A stretch of 59,673 bases of DNA from Candidatus Bipolaricaulia bacterium (GCA_042219045.1 JBDGQO010000030.1:1-59673), one strand, 5' to 3'; positions 38,703 through 48,115 are shown, counted from the stretch's first letter. The notes: a model not told the origin generated them from the sequence alone. Numbers and translations are program-made.

Positions 38703-38831
38703 GTTATCCCGATTTCCCGGCGAACGGCGCGTCAACTCGCTCGGCGGGCGCTCGGACGAAGCCATACGCTCGTATTGTAAGATCTGCGCCGCGTTTGTCG
38801 AACTGCCATCCGCCATCTACAATCCCTTCCC

Positions 38832-39275
38832 ATGGGTTCGGACGACGCCGTCATGGCCTTTCTCCGCTATTTGCGACATTGCGGGCTCCACGTCACCTCC
38901 GCTCGCGAGCGCATCGCGGGCTCGGCCAGCGCCATGGACGGCCACTTCACCGCCGGGGATCTCTGGGCCAGGTTGCGATCCGAGGATGGTTCCGTCGCAC
39001 TGGCGACGGTCTACCGGACGCTGGATCTCATGGTTGAGGCCGGCGTGCTGCGACGGCTCGGGTTTGACCAACAAGCGCACTACGAGGTCGCAATCGGCCA
39101 GGCACGGCACGAACACTTGGTATGCGAAACGTGCGGACGGGTTCTCGAATTTCGCGATCCCGAGCTCGACGCTCAGCTTGCCCAGGCGGGCGCCGATCTC
39201 GGATTTCAGGCCCACCGTCATCAGTTGCTCATTTGGGGCCGGTGCGCCCCTTGCCAGCGCGATGACCGATCGTGA
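38832..39275 (+). CDS. Fur family transcriptional regulator
   Basis: HFTA, LATVYRTL, HEHLVCETCG, C-terminal CAPC. Confidence 0.93.
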   Translation: MGSDDAVMAFLRYLRHCGLHVTSARERIAGSASAMDGHFTAGDLWARLRSEDGSVALATVYRTLDLMVEAGVLRRLGFDQQAHYEVAIGQARHEHLVCETCGRVLEFRDPELDAQLAQAGADLGFQAHRHQLLIWGRCAPCQRDDRS

Positions 39276-39300
39276 TGTCGAGATCTGCAGCAGATATTGG

Positions 39301-39340
39301 AAAAGGCAGAGGCCGCCCACGCTCGGTTGGGCGGCCTGCC
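39301..39340 (-). terminator. Intrinsic terminator oriented for a minus-strand transcript
   Basis: Minus strand GGCAGGCCGCCCA..TGGGCGGCCTCTGCC followed by TTTT. Confidence 0.6.
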
Positions 39341-39565
39341 GCACGGGGTGTACCTGTAAGGAGGTGGACTTGGGCTCCCCTCTCACCCTTGGATCTGTGG
39401 TTCAGGAGGCCTCGTTATGTTTGACAGCGTCGAGTTTCGGTTAAATGCCTAGCAAGCTGGTCCTACTCTAGCTTGTCGAGAGTCCAAAGGGAATGGATGC
39501 CAGGTGGAAATTTGGTGAAAGCGGGTTGGCCCCAGCAGTTGACAATTCCGAAGGGGGAATGATCG

Positions 39566-40390
39566 ATGATCGTCCATGCCAACGGTGCCGAAATCCCCGC
39601 ACTCGGGTTCGGCACGTTCGAGATCCATGGCTCTCAGGCCGAGGAGATGGTCCATCACGCGCTGGAGCTCGGGTATCGGCACATCGACACGGCGCAAGCC
39701 TACGAGAACGAGGCGGAGGTCGGCCGGGCCATTGAACGCTCGCCCGTCGATCGGTCCGAGCTCTTTTTGACGACAAAGATCATGCCTCAAGATTTCGGCC
39801 GACGTGACCTGCCGGTCGCGCTGGAGAAGAGCCTCGATCAGCTCGGCACGGATTACGTCGATTTGGTGCTGTTGCATTGGCCGAATCCCGAGGTCCCGAT
39901 CGCCGACACGATGGAGGCCCTCCAGGAAGTGCGTGAAGCCGGCCACACGCGCCACATCGGCGTCAGCAATTTCACCGTGGCGCTTCTGAATGAGGCGTTG
40001 GCGCACAGCGATGTGCCGCTGGTGACCAACCAAGTCGAGTATCATCCGTTCCTGAGTCAGGCGCCCGTGTTGGACGTCGTCCGGGCCAATGGCATGTCGC
40101 TGACGGCATACAGTCCCCTTGCCAAGGGTGATGTTGCCAAGAACGAGGTGCTGCAACGAATCGGGGAGGCCCATGGGAAGACTCCCGGCCAGGTGGCGCT
40201 GCGATGGCTCATTCAACAGGACCAAGTCATCGCGATTCCGAAGACGGCCAATCCGGAGCGCTGCGAGGCCAATTTTCAGATCTTCGATTTCCAGCTCTCC
40301 GATGAGGAGATGGCCCAAGTTCACGATCTGGCACGTCCCGACGGCCGTTACGTGGATCCGCCGGGCGTGGCTCCGGAGTGGGACACCTAA
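39566..40390 (+). CDS. Aldo/keto reductase (DkgB-like)
   Basis: GFGTF, GYRHIDTAQAYENE, LLHWP, IGVSNF, AYSPL, IPK. Confidence 0.94.
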   Translation: MIVHANGAEIPALGFGTFEIHGSQAEEMVHHALELGYRHIDTAQAYENEAEVGRAIERSPVDRSELFLTTKIMPQDFGRRDLPVALEKSLDQLGTDYVDLVLLHWPNPEVPIADTMEALQEVREAGHTRHIGVSNFTVALLNEALAHSDVPLVTNQVEYHPFLSQAPVLDVVRANGMSLTAYSPLAKGDVAKNEVLQRIGEAHGKTPGQVALRWLIQQDQVIAIPKTANPERCEANFQIFDFQLSDEEMAQVHDLARPDGRYVDPPGVAPEWDT

Positions 40391-40394
40391 GCCG

Positions 40395-41249
40395 ATGAGC
40401 TTGATGAGCGCGTCGGTTTCGGCGATCGTCCGCTATCCCGTCAAGTCCTGCGCCGGCCATGCCATCAATAAAGCATCGCTCGACGCTTACGGCATCGTGG
40501 GCGATCGACGCTGGTTGATCGTCGATTCCCATGGCCGATTTCTAACCCAGCGGGACGCGCCATCGCTGTCCCAAGTGACGCCCGAATTCGCCGGCGATGA
40601 TCTTGCGCTGACTGCGCCTGGAATGGAACGCATTGCCGTCCGAGCGGATGCTCAGGGCCCGACACGTAACGTGCGCGTCTGGAACGATCGCTGTCAGGGC
40701 GTTGACCAAGGCGATGACGTGGCCGCCTGGCTCCGCGAGTATCTCGGTTCGGCGTATCGACTGGTCCGCATGAGTCCAGACTTCCGACGGCCGATCGATT
40801 CGGCCTACGCGACCTCAATGGGTGATCACGTCAGCTACGCCGACGGGTACCCTTTCCTGTTGACAAGCGAGGCGTCGCTGCAAGAGCTGAACCGGCGCAT
40901 GGCAGCATCCGTGCCGATGGATAGGTTTCGGCCGAACATCGTCGTCTCAGGCACGGAGCCGTTCGAGGAGGACACGTGGACGCTCATCCAGATCGGCGGC
41001 GTGACGTTCCACGTCGTCAAACCCTGTGCTCGTTGCGTTGTCACGACGACCGATCAAGCAACGGGGGAGCGCGGCAAGGAACCGCTCGCGACCCTCGCCA
41101 CGTTCCGCCGAGATGGCCAAGGCAACGTCCATTTCGGCCAAAACCTCATTCACACGCCCAAGCGGGGCAAGATCGCTGTCGGCGACGCCCTGGCCGTGCG
41201 CGAGCGGGGCCATCCGACGGTCCCATTCGGGGCTGGCTCGGGGTGTTGA
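40395..41249 (+). CDS. MOSC domain protein (YcbX/mARC-like)
   Basis: YPVKSC, DRRW, DGYPFLL, RFRPNIV, KPCARC; start 40395 or 40404. Confidence 0.92.
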   Translation: MSLMSASVSAIVRYPVKSCAGHAINKASLDAYGIVGDRRWLIVDSHGRFLTQRDAPSLSQVTPEFAGDDLALTAPGMERIAVRADAQGPTRNVRVWNDRCQGVDQGDDVAAWLREYLGSAYRLVRMSPDFRRPIDSAYATSMGDHVSYADGYPFLLTSEASLQELNRRMAASVPMDRFRPNIVVSGTEPFEEDTWTLIQIGGVTFHVVKPCARCVVTTTDQATGERGKEPLATLATFRRDGQGNVHFGQNLIHTPKRGKIAVGDALAVRERGHPTVPFGAGSGC

Positions 41250-41303
41250 TCGGAGACGTCACAGTCGACTTACGGAGAGTTACGCGTGTCTTTGGAAAGA
41301 GCA

Positions 41304-41335
41304 AGGGGCGACCCGAGACGCTTCGGGCCGCCCCT
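41304..41335. terminator. Stem-loop between convergent genes
   Basis: AGGGGCG..CCCGA/TCGGG..CGCCCCT. Confidence 0.55.
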
Positions 41336-41397
41336 CAACTCTAGGGGGTGGAAGGGTGAGGAGCCGACACCCGACCCTTCCGTGTGGAGGCCGTTCG

Positions 41398-43167
41398 CTA
41401 TTGAGACGCATCCACCGCAAGCACTGCAGAGAGCGTCTCGTCGCCGACCAATCCGACGGCGAAGATCGTGTAGTTGGTGCCGGCCTCCAGCGTCACATCC
41501 GGCACGGTCAACATCGCGTCGGTTGAGCCCGCGGGCCGGACCTCGAGCGTGACGGTGGCGGGATCGACGGCCAGATAGTCGCTGGCGTTGGGGAAGGCGA
41601 CGTTCTCGAACAACAGCGGGCCGCCCTGGACCGCCACGTCGACGGCCGGAGCGTCCGGCGAGGCGTGAACCAGTCGAACTTGGGCTTGATCGGCCGTCGG
41701 TTCCCGGTTGTCGACGTAGACGCTGGCCTTGAGCGAGTCGTCACCCAACAGCCCACGTGCGGCCACCGTGTAGGCCGTGCCGGGCTCCAACGTCACTGTC
41801 GTGTCGATGACGACGGGCTCGCTGGCGCCCGCGGGCGTCACCTGGATGCGCCGCTCGCCGGCCGGGACGTTCAGATAGTCACTGATCGTCTTGAACGGCA
41901 CGTCGCTCAGCACTTGGCTGCCGTCGACGGAGACGTCGACGTTGGGCGCGTCAGGCGACAGATGGGCCACGCGGACTTGGGCCGGCGCCTGCGCGTCAAC
42001 GACTGGCAACGCCGCTAGCGTGTCATTCCCGACCTGACCGATGGCGAAGATGGTCAGATTGGTGTTGGCCGACAGCGTGACGTCCGGCACGGTCAGTACC
42101 GCGTCCATGCTGCCGGCGGGGCGGATCTCGAGATCGACGGTGGCCGGATCGACCGCCACGTAGTCGGAACTGCCGCGGAACGAGACGTCGCTGAACAACG
42201 TCGGGCCATCGACGACGCCGACGTCCACAGCGGGCGCATCCGGCGACGCGTGCACGAAGCGGACCTGGGCCTGCCCGTCGCGGGTCTGGCGATCGTCGCG
42301 GAGGACGAGCGGCTGGAGGTCATCCTCGTTCAAAAGCCCCGTCGCGGCCACGGTGAACGATCCGCCGGCCGTCAACTCGACCGTGGCGTCGATGACGACG
42401 GGCTCGCTGGCACCCGCGGGCGTCACCTGAATGCGGCGCTCGCCGGCGGGGACCTCGAGGTAGTCGCTTACCGTTTTGAAGGGCACGTCGCTGAGCACCT
42501 GCTCGCCATCGATTGACACGTCCACGTTGGGCGCGTCCGGCGAGAGATGCGCCACGCGCACTTCGGCCGGGCCGGGCTGGCCCTGCGCGTCGACGGCCAC
42601 CACGGCCTCGAGCGAGCCGTCCTCGACAAAGCCGGTGGCGAAGACGGTGTAGTTGGTCGCCGCCTCCAGCGTCAAGTCGGTGACGCTCAGTGCGACGTTG
42701 TCGGTGTCGGCGACTTTGACGTCCAGGTCGTAGGTGCCAGGCTCGAGCGCGGCATAGACGGTTGAGGTTCCGAACGTGACGTCCGAAAATAGGCTGTGTG
42801 CGCCGCTGAACGATTGCGACACGTCAACCGCCGGGGCATCGGGAGACGCATGAATGAACCGTACCTCAGCGCGGGATGAGGAGGGATTCCGGTCATCGGT
42901 ATAGACCTGCGCTCGGAGCGTGTCGTCGCTGAGCAACCCGATCGCGGCGACTGTGTAGGCCTGACCGGGCTCGAATGACACGGTGGCATCGATGACGACC
43001 GGCTTATCCGTTCCAGCCGGTGTCACTTGGATTCGGCGCTCGCCAGCAGGCACGTCCAAATAGCTGCTGACGGTCTGGAACGGCACGTCCTCCAGCACGC
43101 GCTCCCCGTCGACCCAAACGTCGACGTTCGGTGCGTCCGGCGACAGATGCGCGACACGCACCTGGGC
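41398..43167 (-). repeat. Three ~590-bp intragenic repeats
   Basis: Units begin near 43167, 42567 and 41982 with near-identical DNA encoding VPAGERRIQVTPAG. Confidence 0.85.
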
Positions 43168-43242
43168 TGTCTCTTGGGCATCGACGGCGACGCCGACCGT
43201 GAAGACCATGGCCAGCGCCAACAAAACGTTGATCCACTTCAT
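41398..43242 (-). CDS. Secreted protein with three tandem DUF4397 modules
   Basis: Signal peptide MKWINVLLALAM; 3x VRVAHLSPDAPNVDV plus 3x VR..HASPDAPAVDV. Confidence 0.9.
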   Translation of the reverse strand: MKWINVLLALAMVFTVGVAVDAQETAQVRVAHLSPDAPNVDVWVDGERVLEDVPFQTVSSYLDVPAGERRIQVTPAGTDKPVVIDATVSFEPGQAYTVAAIGLLSDDTLRAQVYTDDRNPSSSRAEVRFIHASPDAPAVDVSQSFSGAHSLFSDVTFGTSTVYAALEPGTYDLDVKVADTDNVALSVTDLTLEAATNYTVFATGFVEDGSLEAVVAVDAQGQPGPAEVRVAHLSPDAPNVDVSIDGEQVLSDVPFKTVSDYLEVPAGERRIQVTPAGASEPVVIDATVELTAGGSFTVAATGLLNEDDLQPLVLRDDRQTRDGQAQVRFVHASPDAPAVDVGVVDGPTLFSDVSFRGSSDYVAVDPATVDLEIRPAGSMDAVLTVPDVTLSANTNLTIFAIGQVGNDTLAALPVVDAQAPAQVRVAHLSPDAPNVDVSVDGSQVLSDVPFKTISDYLNVPAGERRIQVTPAGASEPVVIDTTVTLEPGTAYTVAARGLLGDDSLKASVYVDNREPTADQAQVRLVHASPDAPAVDVAVQGGPLLFENVAFPNASDYLAVDPATVTLEVRPAGSTDAMLTVPDVTLEAGTNYTIFAVGLVGDETLSAVLAVDASQ

Positions 43243-43380
43243 GTGGGCAACGACCTCCTTGGTTGTCGTTGTGGATTGATTCGAGGACAAAACGCCTGTA
43301 GGTCCTCCGCTGAGGATCGTTCCCCTCAGCAAAACGCCGCAGACCGCCTGCGACGTCGTTAGCAAGCTAGGCGAAAGCGA

Positions 43381-43428
43381 TGTCAGCGTCTATAGTGTCG
43401 AGGTCAGAACGATGTCAAGACGAGTCAA
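43381..43428 (-). promoter_or_regulatory. (T/C)TGAC direct-repeat array upstream of DUF4397 gene
   Basis: Plus-strand GTCA(A/G) at 43382, 43403, 43414, 43424. Confidence 0.55.
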
Positions 43429-43495
43429 CGGGGGCACAGACGGGCGAGTTGGTTGTCGGCTTGTCCCTTAACAAAGCAGCAGGTAAGTTCATCGT

Positions 43496-44431
43496 GTGGT
43501 AAATCAACGATTTCTGCTCGGGGTCAGTCTCGGCGTGATCCTGCTCGGCGTGGCGTTGAGCGTGGCGTATGGCATCCATTTGGATCGGGCCATGCAGGAT
43601 CAATTTGACACCCGTGCCAAGCTATTCACTCGGACCGTTGCCGATCTCGTGGGCGAGGAGGACTCGCCGAGCTACGTCCAGACCCTGACGGAGGGCTTAG
43701 TCGAGGACACCGTGATCTACGCCCAGGTCGTCCGAGACGGCGACGTAATCGCTGAGTGGAACGCCACTTCCATTACGCTCGCGGTCGAACCCCTCTCCAG
43801 CCGTCAGGAGTTACACCGGGGCGAGTCTCCGGCCAACGTTCCGTATCTGGACGTCCAGCGGGCCCTTGCTCCTCGTCCGGAGGAGATGGATCCGACGAGC
43901 TACGTCCGTGTTGGATTCTCGCTTGCGCCACACCAACAAAAGATCCTGACGCGCCAAGCAGAAATCGCCGCTTGGGCTCTGGGCGGAATCGTCGTCTGTC
44001 TCGTCGGCATTCGCGGTTACGCGTCGTGGTCGCGCTACCGTTCAGGCCATCAAGGCCGAACAAATGCTGAGGCGAACGCCGTTTCCGTGCCAACCGCCAA
44101 CGGCTCCAGCTCAGCGAACGACAAGCTTCGGCACGGGCCGTTGTGTCTCGACGATCGCGCCAAGGTCCTCTGGGTCGACGGAGCTAGGCTGGAGCTGTCG
44201 CCGAAGGAGTACGAGCTCCTTCGGCTGTTCATGTGTCAGCCAGGAACCATCCTCTCCAATGAGGAGATCATCGAGTCGATCTGGGCGAGCGATCAGCATG
44301 CCATGGCGAACGACGTGCGCAAATACGTCTATCTGCTGCGCCAAAAGATCGAGTCCAACCCGAAGGATCCACGGTTGATCCAAACGGTGCGCGGGTTCGG
44401 TTATCGGTTAGCCCCGATCGATGAATCTTGA
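43496..44431 (+). CDS. Membrane-anchored regulator: 2 TM, external domain, C-terminal OmpR/PhoB winged helix, no receiver
   Basis: Two hydrophobic segments; LSPKEYELL, VYLLRQKIE.NP..PRLIQTVRGFGY. Confidence 0.85.
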   Translation: MVNQRFLLGVSLGVILLGVALSVAYGIHLDRAMQDQFDTRAKLFTRTVADLVGEEDSPSYVQTLTEGLVEDTVIYAQVVRDGDVIAEWNATSITLAVEPLSSRQELHRGESPANVPYLDVQRALAPRPEEMDPTSYVRVGFSLAPHQQKILTRQAEIAAWALGGIVVCLVGIRGYASWSRYRSGHQGRTNAEANAVSVPTANGSSSANDKLRHGPLCLDDRAKVLWVDGARLELSPKEYELLRLFMCQPGTILSNEEIIESIWASDQHAMANDVRKYVYLLRQKIESNPKDPRLIQTVRGFGYRLAPIDES

Positions 44432-44452
44432 CAGCCCTTGACCGCGTTTGAC
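44428..44452 (+). promoter_or_regulatory. TTGAC-N5 x3 direct-repeat array upstream of secreted protein gene
   Basis: TTGAC at 44428, 44438, 44448. Confidence 0.6.
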
Positions 44453-44544
44453 GCGCGTGTCCATGTCATCGCGGCTGCATCAACGATAGGATCAAAGGAC
44501 ACGTGCCGCACGCCCACATCTGTGACGCAAAAGGAGTGACGTCC

Positions 44545-45144
44545 ATGACCCAATTCCTTCGACGCCGACCAATCGTGTTGGTAGCGAGCTTCGTTCTGCT
44601 GATGAGCGCCAGTGGATGGGGCTTGATCAGCCAGGCGCAGCAGCCATCTCCGCCGGCGGAGCTGTTGAGCCTGTCCCAGACGCTGTCCACGGAACTCGAA
44701 TTGGCGTTTCAGGAGGCGGCCCTAGCCTGGAGTGCGCCGACCGCTCAGGAGCGTGACGCCCATATGCAGAGAGCGATTAACGTGCTGGTCGGCAGCGACG
44801 CGGACGCCTTCGATGCGGATGTGGGCAATCCGGGCGATGGCCACGGCGCCATTCCCTATACCGAAAAGTTGAAGGAAGAACTGAGCGGCACGCCTTGGGA
44901 CGACTTCGTCGTCACGGCCGATCACGTCATCGCCTTTACCGGGTTCGCGCTTGAGCATGCCAAGGCGACGTTGGCCATCGAGGACAATGCCGACGCGCGC
45001 GAAGAGGCCCGCAAGGTGATCGGCTTCCTCAAGTCCTCACTCGGCTGTCGCGGAGATGCGCCCACAACCGGCGGCGCGCTCAGCATCACGTCCGCTTTGG
45101 AGGATGCCTCCCAGAGCAACGTCTTCTCAATGCTGCGGGATTAG
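44545..45144 (+). CDS. Secreted hypothetical helical protein
   Basis: AAAGGAG RBS, signal peptide, HMQRAINVLVG..NPGDGHGAIPY. Confidence 0.75.
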   Translation: MTQFLRRRPIVLVASFVLLMSASGWGLISQAQQPSPPAELLSLSQTLSTELELAFQEAALAWSAPTAQERDAHMQRAINVLVGSDADAFDADVGNPGDGHGAIPYTEKLKEELSGTPWDDFVVTADHVIAFTGFALEHAKATLAIEDNADAREEARKVIGFLKSSLGCRGDAPTTGGALSITSALEDASQSNVFSMLRD

Positions 45145-45149
45145 TCGGA

Positions 45150-46481
45150 TCAGAAGCCGATGCCGACGCCGATCACCCAACCGCGACGGTTGTGGTAGCT
45201 GACGCTCAAGTGATTCCCCTGGACGTTGACGGAGACGCCCCCGAAGACCGTCAGGTGGTCGTCCTCCGTGTAATAGCCGTTCGGTTGGACCTCCACCAGC
45301 GGTTGATGTGACGACTCCCCAACCACAACGACATCGCTGGGGGCCGCGACGTGAGCCTTCCGCTGGACGGCCATGCCGCCGCCGACGTGGAAGCCGAGGC
45401 GGTCTCCGAACGGCACGGCCAACTTGCCGTAAACTTCCGCCTCCGGGCCGTCGTTGTAGACTTGCTCGTTGCTGAAGTCCTGCGGCTCGCCGACGTCGTT
45501 GAACGTCGGCACGTCGTCGCCCGTAAACGACAACGATCCACCCAGGGCCAAATATCGAGATAGGCCGATCTCCATGCCGCCGCTGAATATCCCGTCGTCG
45601 TTGAGACCGACGTTCACGCCGAACCCGAACGCATCGACTGTCCCCAAATCGACGTTGACGTTCGGGCTCCCGTCGGGCTCAGACGGTGTCTCCGGCGTTG
45701 CGGATGTTGACTCCGGCGTCAGTTGAACGCTCAATTCGTGCTGCGTTTGATCTTGGACGGTGACGTCTTGTGACCAGACTTGATAGCCCGACTTGCGCAG
45801 GGCGACGTCAAGCTCACCCGGTTTCACAACCACTTCGAGAGGACTTCGACCGCGAAGTTGCCCGTTCACGTAAACTTGGGCGCCTTCTGGCTGCGAGTTG
45901 ACGCGAAGACGGGCGAAGCTTTGCGCAACGAGAAACTGCGTCCACGCGGTCGCCCAGTCATCGGGTTGGGCGTTCTCCTGGATCATTGCTTCCACGTCGG
46001 GCTTGACCTCTTGGATGCCCTCGCCGATGACGGGGAAGGCTTGCTCGTCTAGACTCTTCGAGCTCAGCTCCGGAATGGGCAGCGGCGTCGTGCTCGCGAT
46101 CGCCTGGAGGGACTCAACGCCGAGCGGTTTGTCCACGACGAAGCTGTAGTCCTTGGTGGCTGGCAGCGTGTGGCTTCCGGCGGTTAGGTAGTTGTTCGGG
46201 GTAAACCCGTTGGGAAACAGCAACGTCACTCGGCCATCCGGCTGAATATCGTAGATGTAGACGTAAGCGTCCTGATTCAGTTCGAGATGGATCTTGAGGG
46301 ATTCGTCTGGCTTGTACCGAGGCTTGTTCGTCCGAATGTCGACGTTGAGCGAGGACTCATCGGGGCCGATGATGATCGTCTGTGGCGCGGCTTGGTCATC
46401 CTGGGCGAACGCCCCCAAGCCGACGCTCGTGGCTAGGATCATTGCCAGTATTGTCGATAGGGTTAGTCGCTGGTTGCGCAT
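45150..46481 (-). CDS. Secreted DUF4384 + PEGA domain protein with C-terminal beta-rich region
   Basis: AYVYIYDI..DG.V.LLFPN (DUF4384); V.SQPEGAQVYVNG...G.SP (PEGA); ends WVIGVGIGF. Confidence 0.8.
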   Translation of the reverse strand: MRNQRLTLSTILAMILATSVGLGAFAQDDQAAPQTIIIGPDESSLNVDIRTNKPRYKPDESLKIHLELNQDAYVYIYDIQPDGRVTLLFPNGFTPNNYLTAGSHTLPATKDYSFVVDKPLGVESLQAIASTTPLPIPELSSKSLDEQAFPVIGEGIQEVKPDVEAMIQENAQPDDWATAWTQFLVAQSFARLRVNSQPEGAQVYVNGQLRGRSPLEVVVKPGELDVALRKSGYQVWSQDVTVQDQTQHELSVQLTPESTSATPETPSEPDGSPNVNVDLGTVDAFGFGVNVGLNDDGIFSGGMEIGLSRYLALGGSLSFTGDDVPTFNDVGEPQDFSNEQVYNDGPEAEVYGKLAVPFGDRLGFHVGGGMAVQRKAHVAAPSDVVVVGESSHQPLVEVQPNGYYTEDDHLTVFGGVSVNVQGNHLSVSYHNRRGWVIGVGIGF

Positions 46482-46524
46482 ATGTCTCACCTCGCTGATC
46501 TACACGGACACGTCGCTGTGGGTT

Positions 46525-47757
46525 TCAGGCGCCCATGTCGACGACCAGGTCCTTCGGAAACGGCGTCAGGCTCTGAAAGGATCCGTCCTTGTCGGCGTAG
46601 TAGGTGTCCTCAATCCGAATGCCGTAACCCCGATCGGGATAGTAGAGCCCCGGCTCGACGGTGAACACCATGCCGGGCTCTAAGACCGTATCAGATGGCC
46701 CGAAGGTTCGGAAATACGGGGCCTCATGAACTTCCAATCCCAGCCCGTGAGCCAAGCTGTGAACGTAACCTTCCGTCGTCTTGGGATCGCTCTTCGGACT
46801 GGGGTGCCCCCGCTGTTCCAAGACGTCGCAGACGAAGTGCTGATACGCCTGGGTCGACTCGCCCAGCGTCAACTCCGCGACGACCGCGTTGAACGCCTCC
46901 ATGACGTCACGGTATGCCGTTTGAACTCCCTCAGGGGCATGCCCGAGGCAGAACGTACGCGTCATGTCATGGAAATAGCCCGATTCGTCTCGCGGGAAGA
47001 AGTCGATGAGCATCGGCTTGCCCAACTCGATCGGGTCATCGGGGTTGCCGCGTGAGTGGGGCACACCGGCGTCACGGCCGATGGCGCAGATGAAGCCCGA
47101 GGGCGACTCCAAGCCGCGCTCAGCCTGCTCCATCCGGATCAGCGCTTTCACGTCGCCGATCGTCAAGGCTGACCCGTCGCGTTTGACAAGCGTCCCGTTC
47201 CGAACGTCGTGGGAGGTCAAAAACTGAATGACTTCTTCGACAACCTCGTTGGCCGACTCGCCAACGTGCCTCATCGCGGCGATCTCCTCGGCGTCCTTGG
47301 TCTCGCGGGCTCGGCTGATAACGTCGTCCGTGTATTCGCCGACGAATTCAACGCTCGGCAGGGCTTCGGACAGTTCCGTCAACAGCTTATGGTATGCGCC
47401 GATCGGGCCCGTCCCATAGACGCCAATGCGCCCTGTCGCGCCCAAATCCGTCAGGATGCGTCGGTACAGCTCGACGCGTGCCTCAAGCAGCGTTGCCGCC
47501 TGATCCTGGATCTCATGGACCGGCCAGCGATCCAAATTGACCAATTCCAAGCCTGAACTTTCGGCCTCGTCACGCTCCATCGATCGATAAAGGAGCTGCG
47601 GTGAGGCGCCACGCCGTTTGATCACGCTGCCGACAACGGACGCTCCCTGCGTTAGATAGGCAAATGCCGGGTTGGCACTGCCCATGCCGTCCGGGCCTTC
47701 CACCAAGAGGGCGTCCAAGCTCCGTTCCGTCATCAACGCGTCAAGATCCGATTTCAT
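46525..47757 (-). CDS. Xaa-Pro aminopeptidase (M24)
   Basis: PH, IDFFP..GYFHDMTRT, HSLAHGLGLEVHE, TVEPGLY, GIRIED. Confidence 0.93.
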   Translation of the reverse strand: MKSDLDALMTERSLDALLVEGPDGMGSANPAFAYLTQGASVVGSVIKRRGASPQLLYRSMERDEAESSGLELVNLDRWPVHEIQDQAATLLEARVELYRRILTDLGATGRIGVYGTGPIGAYHKLLTELSEALPSVEFVGEYTDDVISRARETKDAEEIAAMRHVGESANEVVEEVIQFLTSHDVRNGTLVKRDGSALTIGDVKALIRMEQAERGLESPSGFICAIGRDAGVPHSRGNPDDPIELGKPMLIDFFPRDESGYFHDMTRTFCLGHAPEGVQTAYRDVMEAFNAVVAELTLGESTQAYQHFVCDVLEQRGHPSPKSDPKTTEGYVHSLAHGLGLEVHEAPYFRTFGPSDTVLEPGMVFTVEPGLYYPDRGYGIRIEDTYYADKDGSFQSLTPFPKDLVVDMGA

Positions 47758-47869
47758 GGTGCTCCCACAGTATCATAACGTAACGCCATCGGCAGCGACA
47801 TTGCGCGACCTCGCCAGCCCTGGTGGCAACCGACAGGCCGCCCGCGTTAACGTTATCGTCAGAGTGATT

Positions 47870-48115
47870 ATGGATTATGTGAGCGTTTTTGAAGGGTCCA
47901 ACCCGAACGAAGCGCAGATGGTCTTCCAACTCTTGCAATCGAACGACTTTCATCCCTGGATGCCGGGCGGCCACGAGCACACCTATGTGCAGTTGGACAC
48001 CGACGTCCAAGTGCCAACTGATGAGGCCGATGCCGCTCGTGAGCTGTTGAGCGCCTACGAAGCCAGCCCTGAAGAGGGCGAATCCGATTCGGAAAGCGAT
48101 GCCGCGTCGGGTTAA
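47870..48115 (+). CDS. Small DUF2007-like (putative signal transducing) protein
   Basis: V......EAQMV..LL.S......VQVP..EAD.ARELL, acidic tail. Confidence 0.7.
   Translation: MDYVSVFEGSNPNEAQMVFQLLQSNDFHPWMPGGHEHTYVQLDTDVQVPTDEADAARELLSAYEASPEEGESDSESDAASG

Noticed and set aside
38404..39444. 346-aa ORF
   Set aside because: Overlaps two tRNAs, the zinc-finger gene and fur; not protein-like.
40119..40394. Extended MOSC N-terminus or AKR-MOSC fusion
   Set aside because: The AKR ends cleanly at 40390 and MOSC homology starts after 40395.
41398..43167. CRISPR-like or transposon repeats
   Set aside because: The repeats are in-frame protein-domain duplications; no spacer structure or cas genes in the window.
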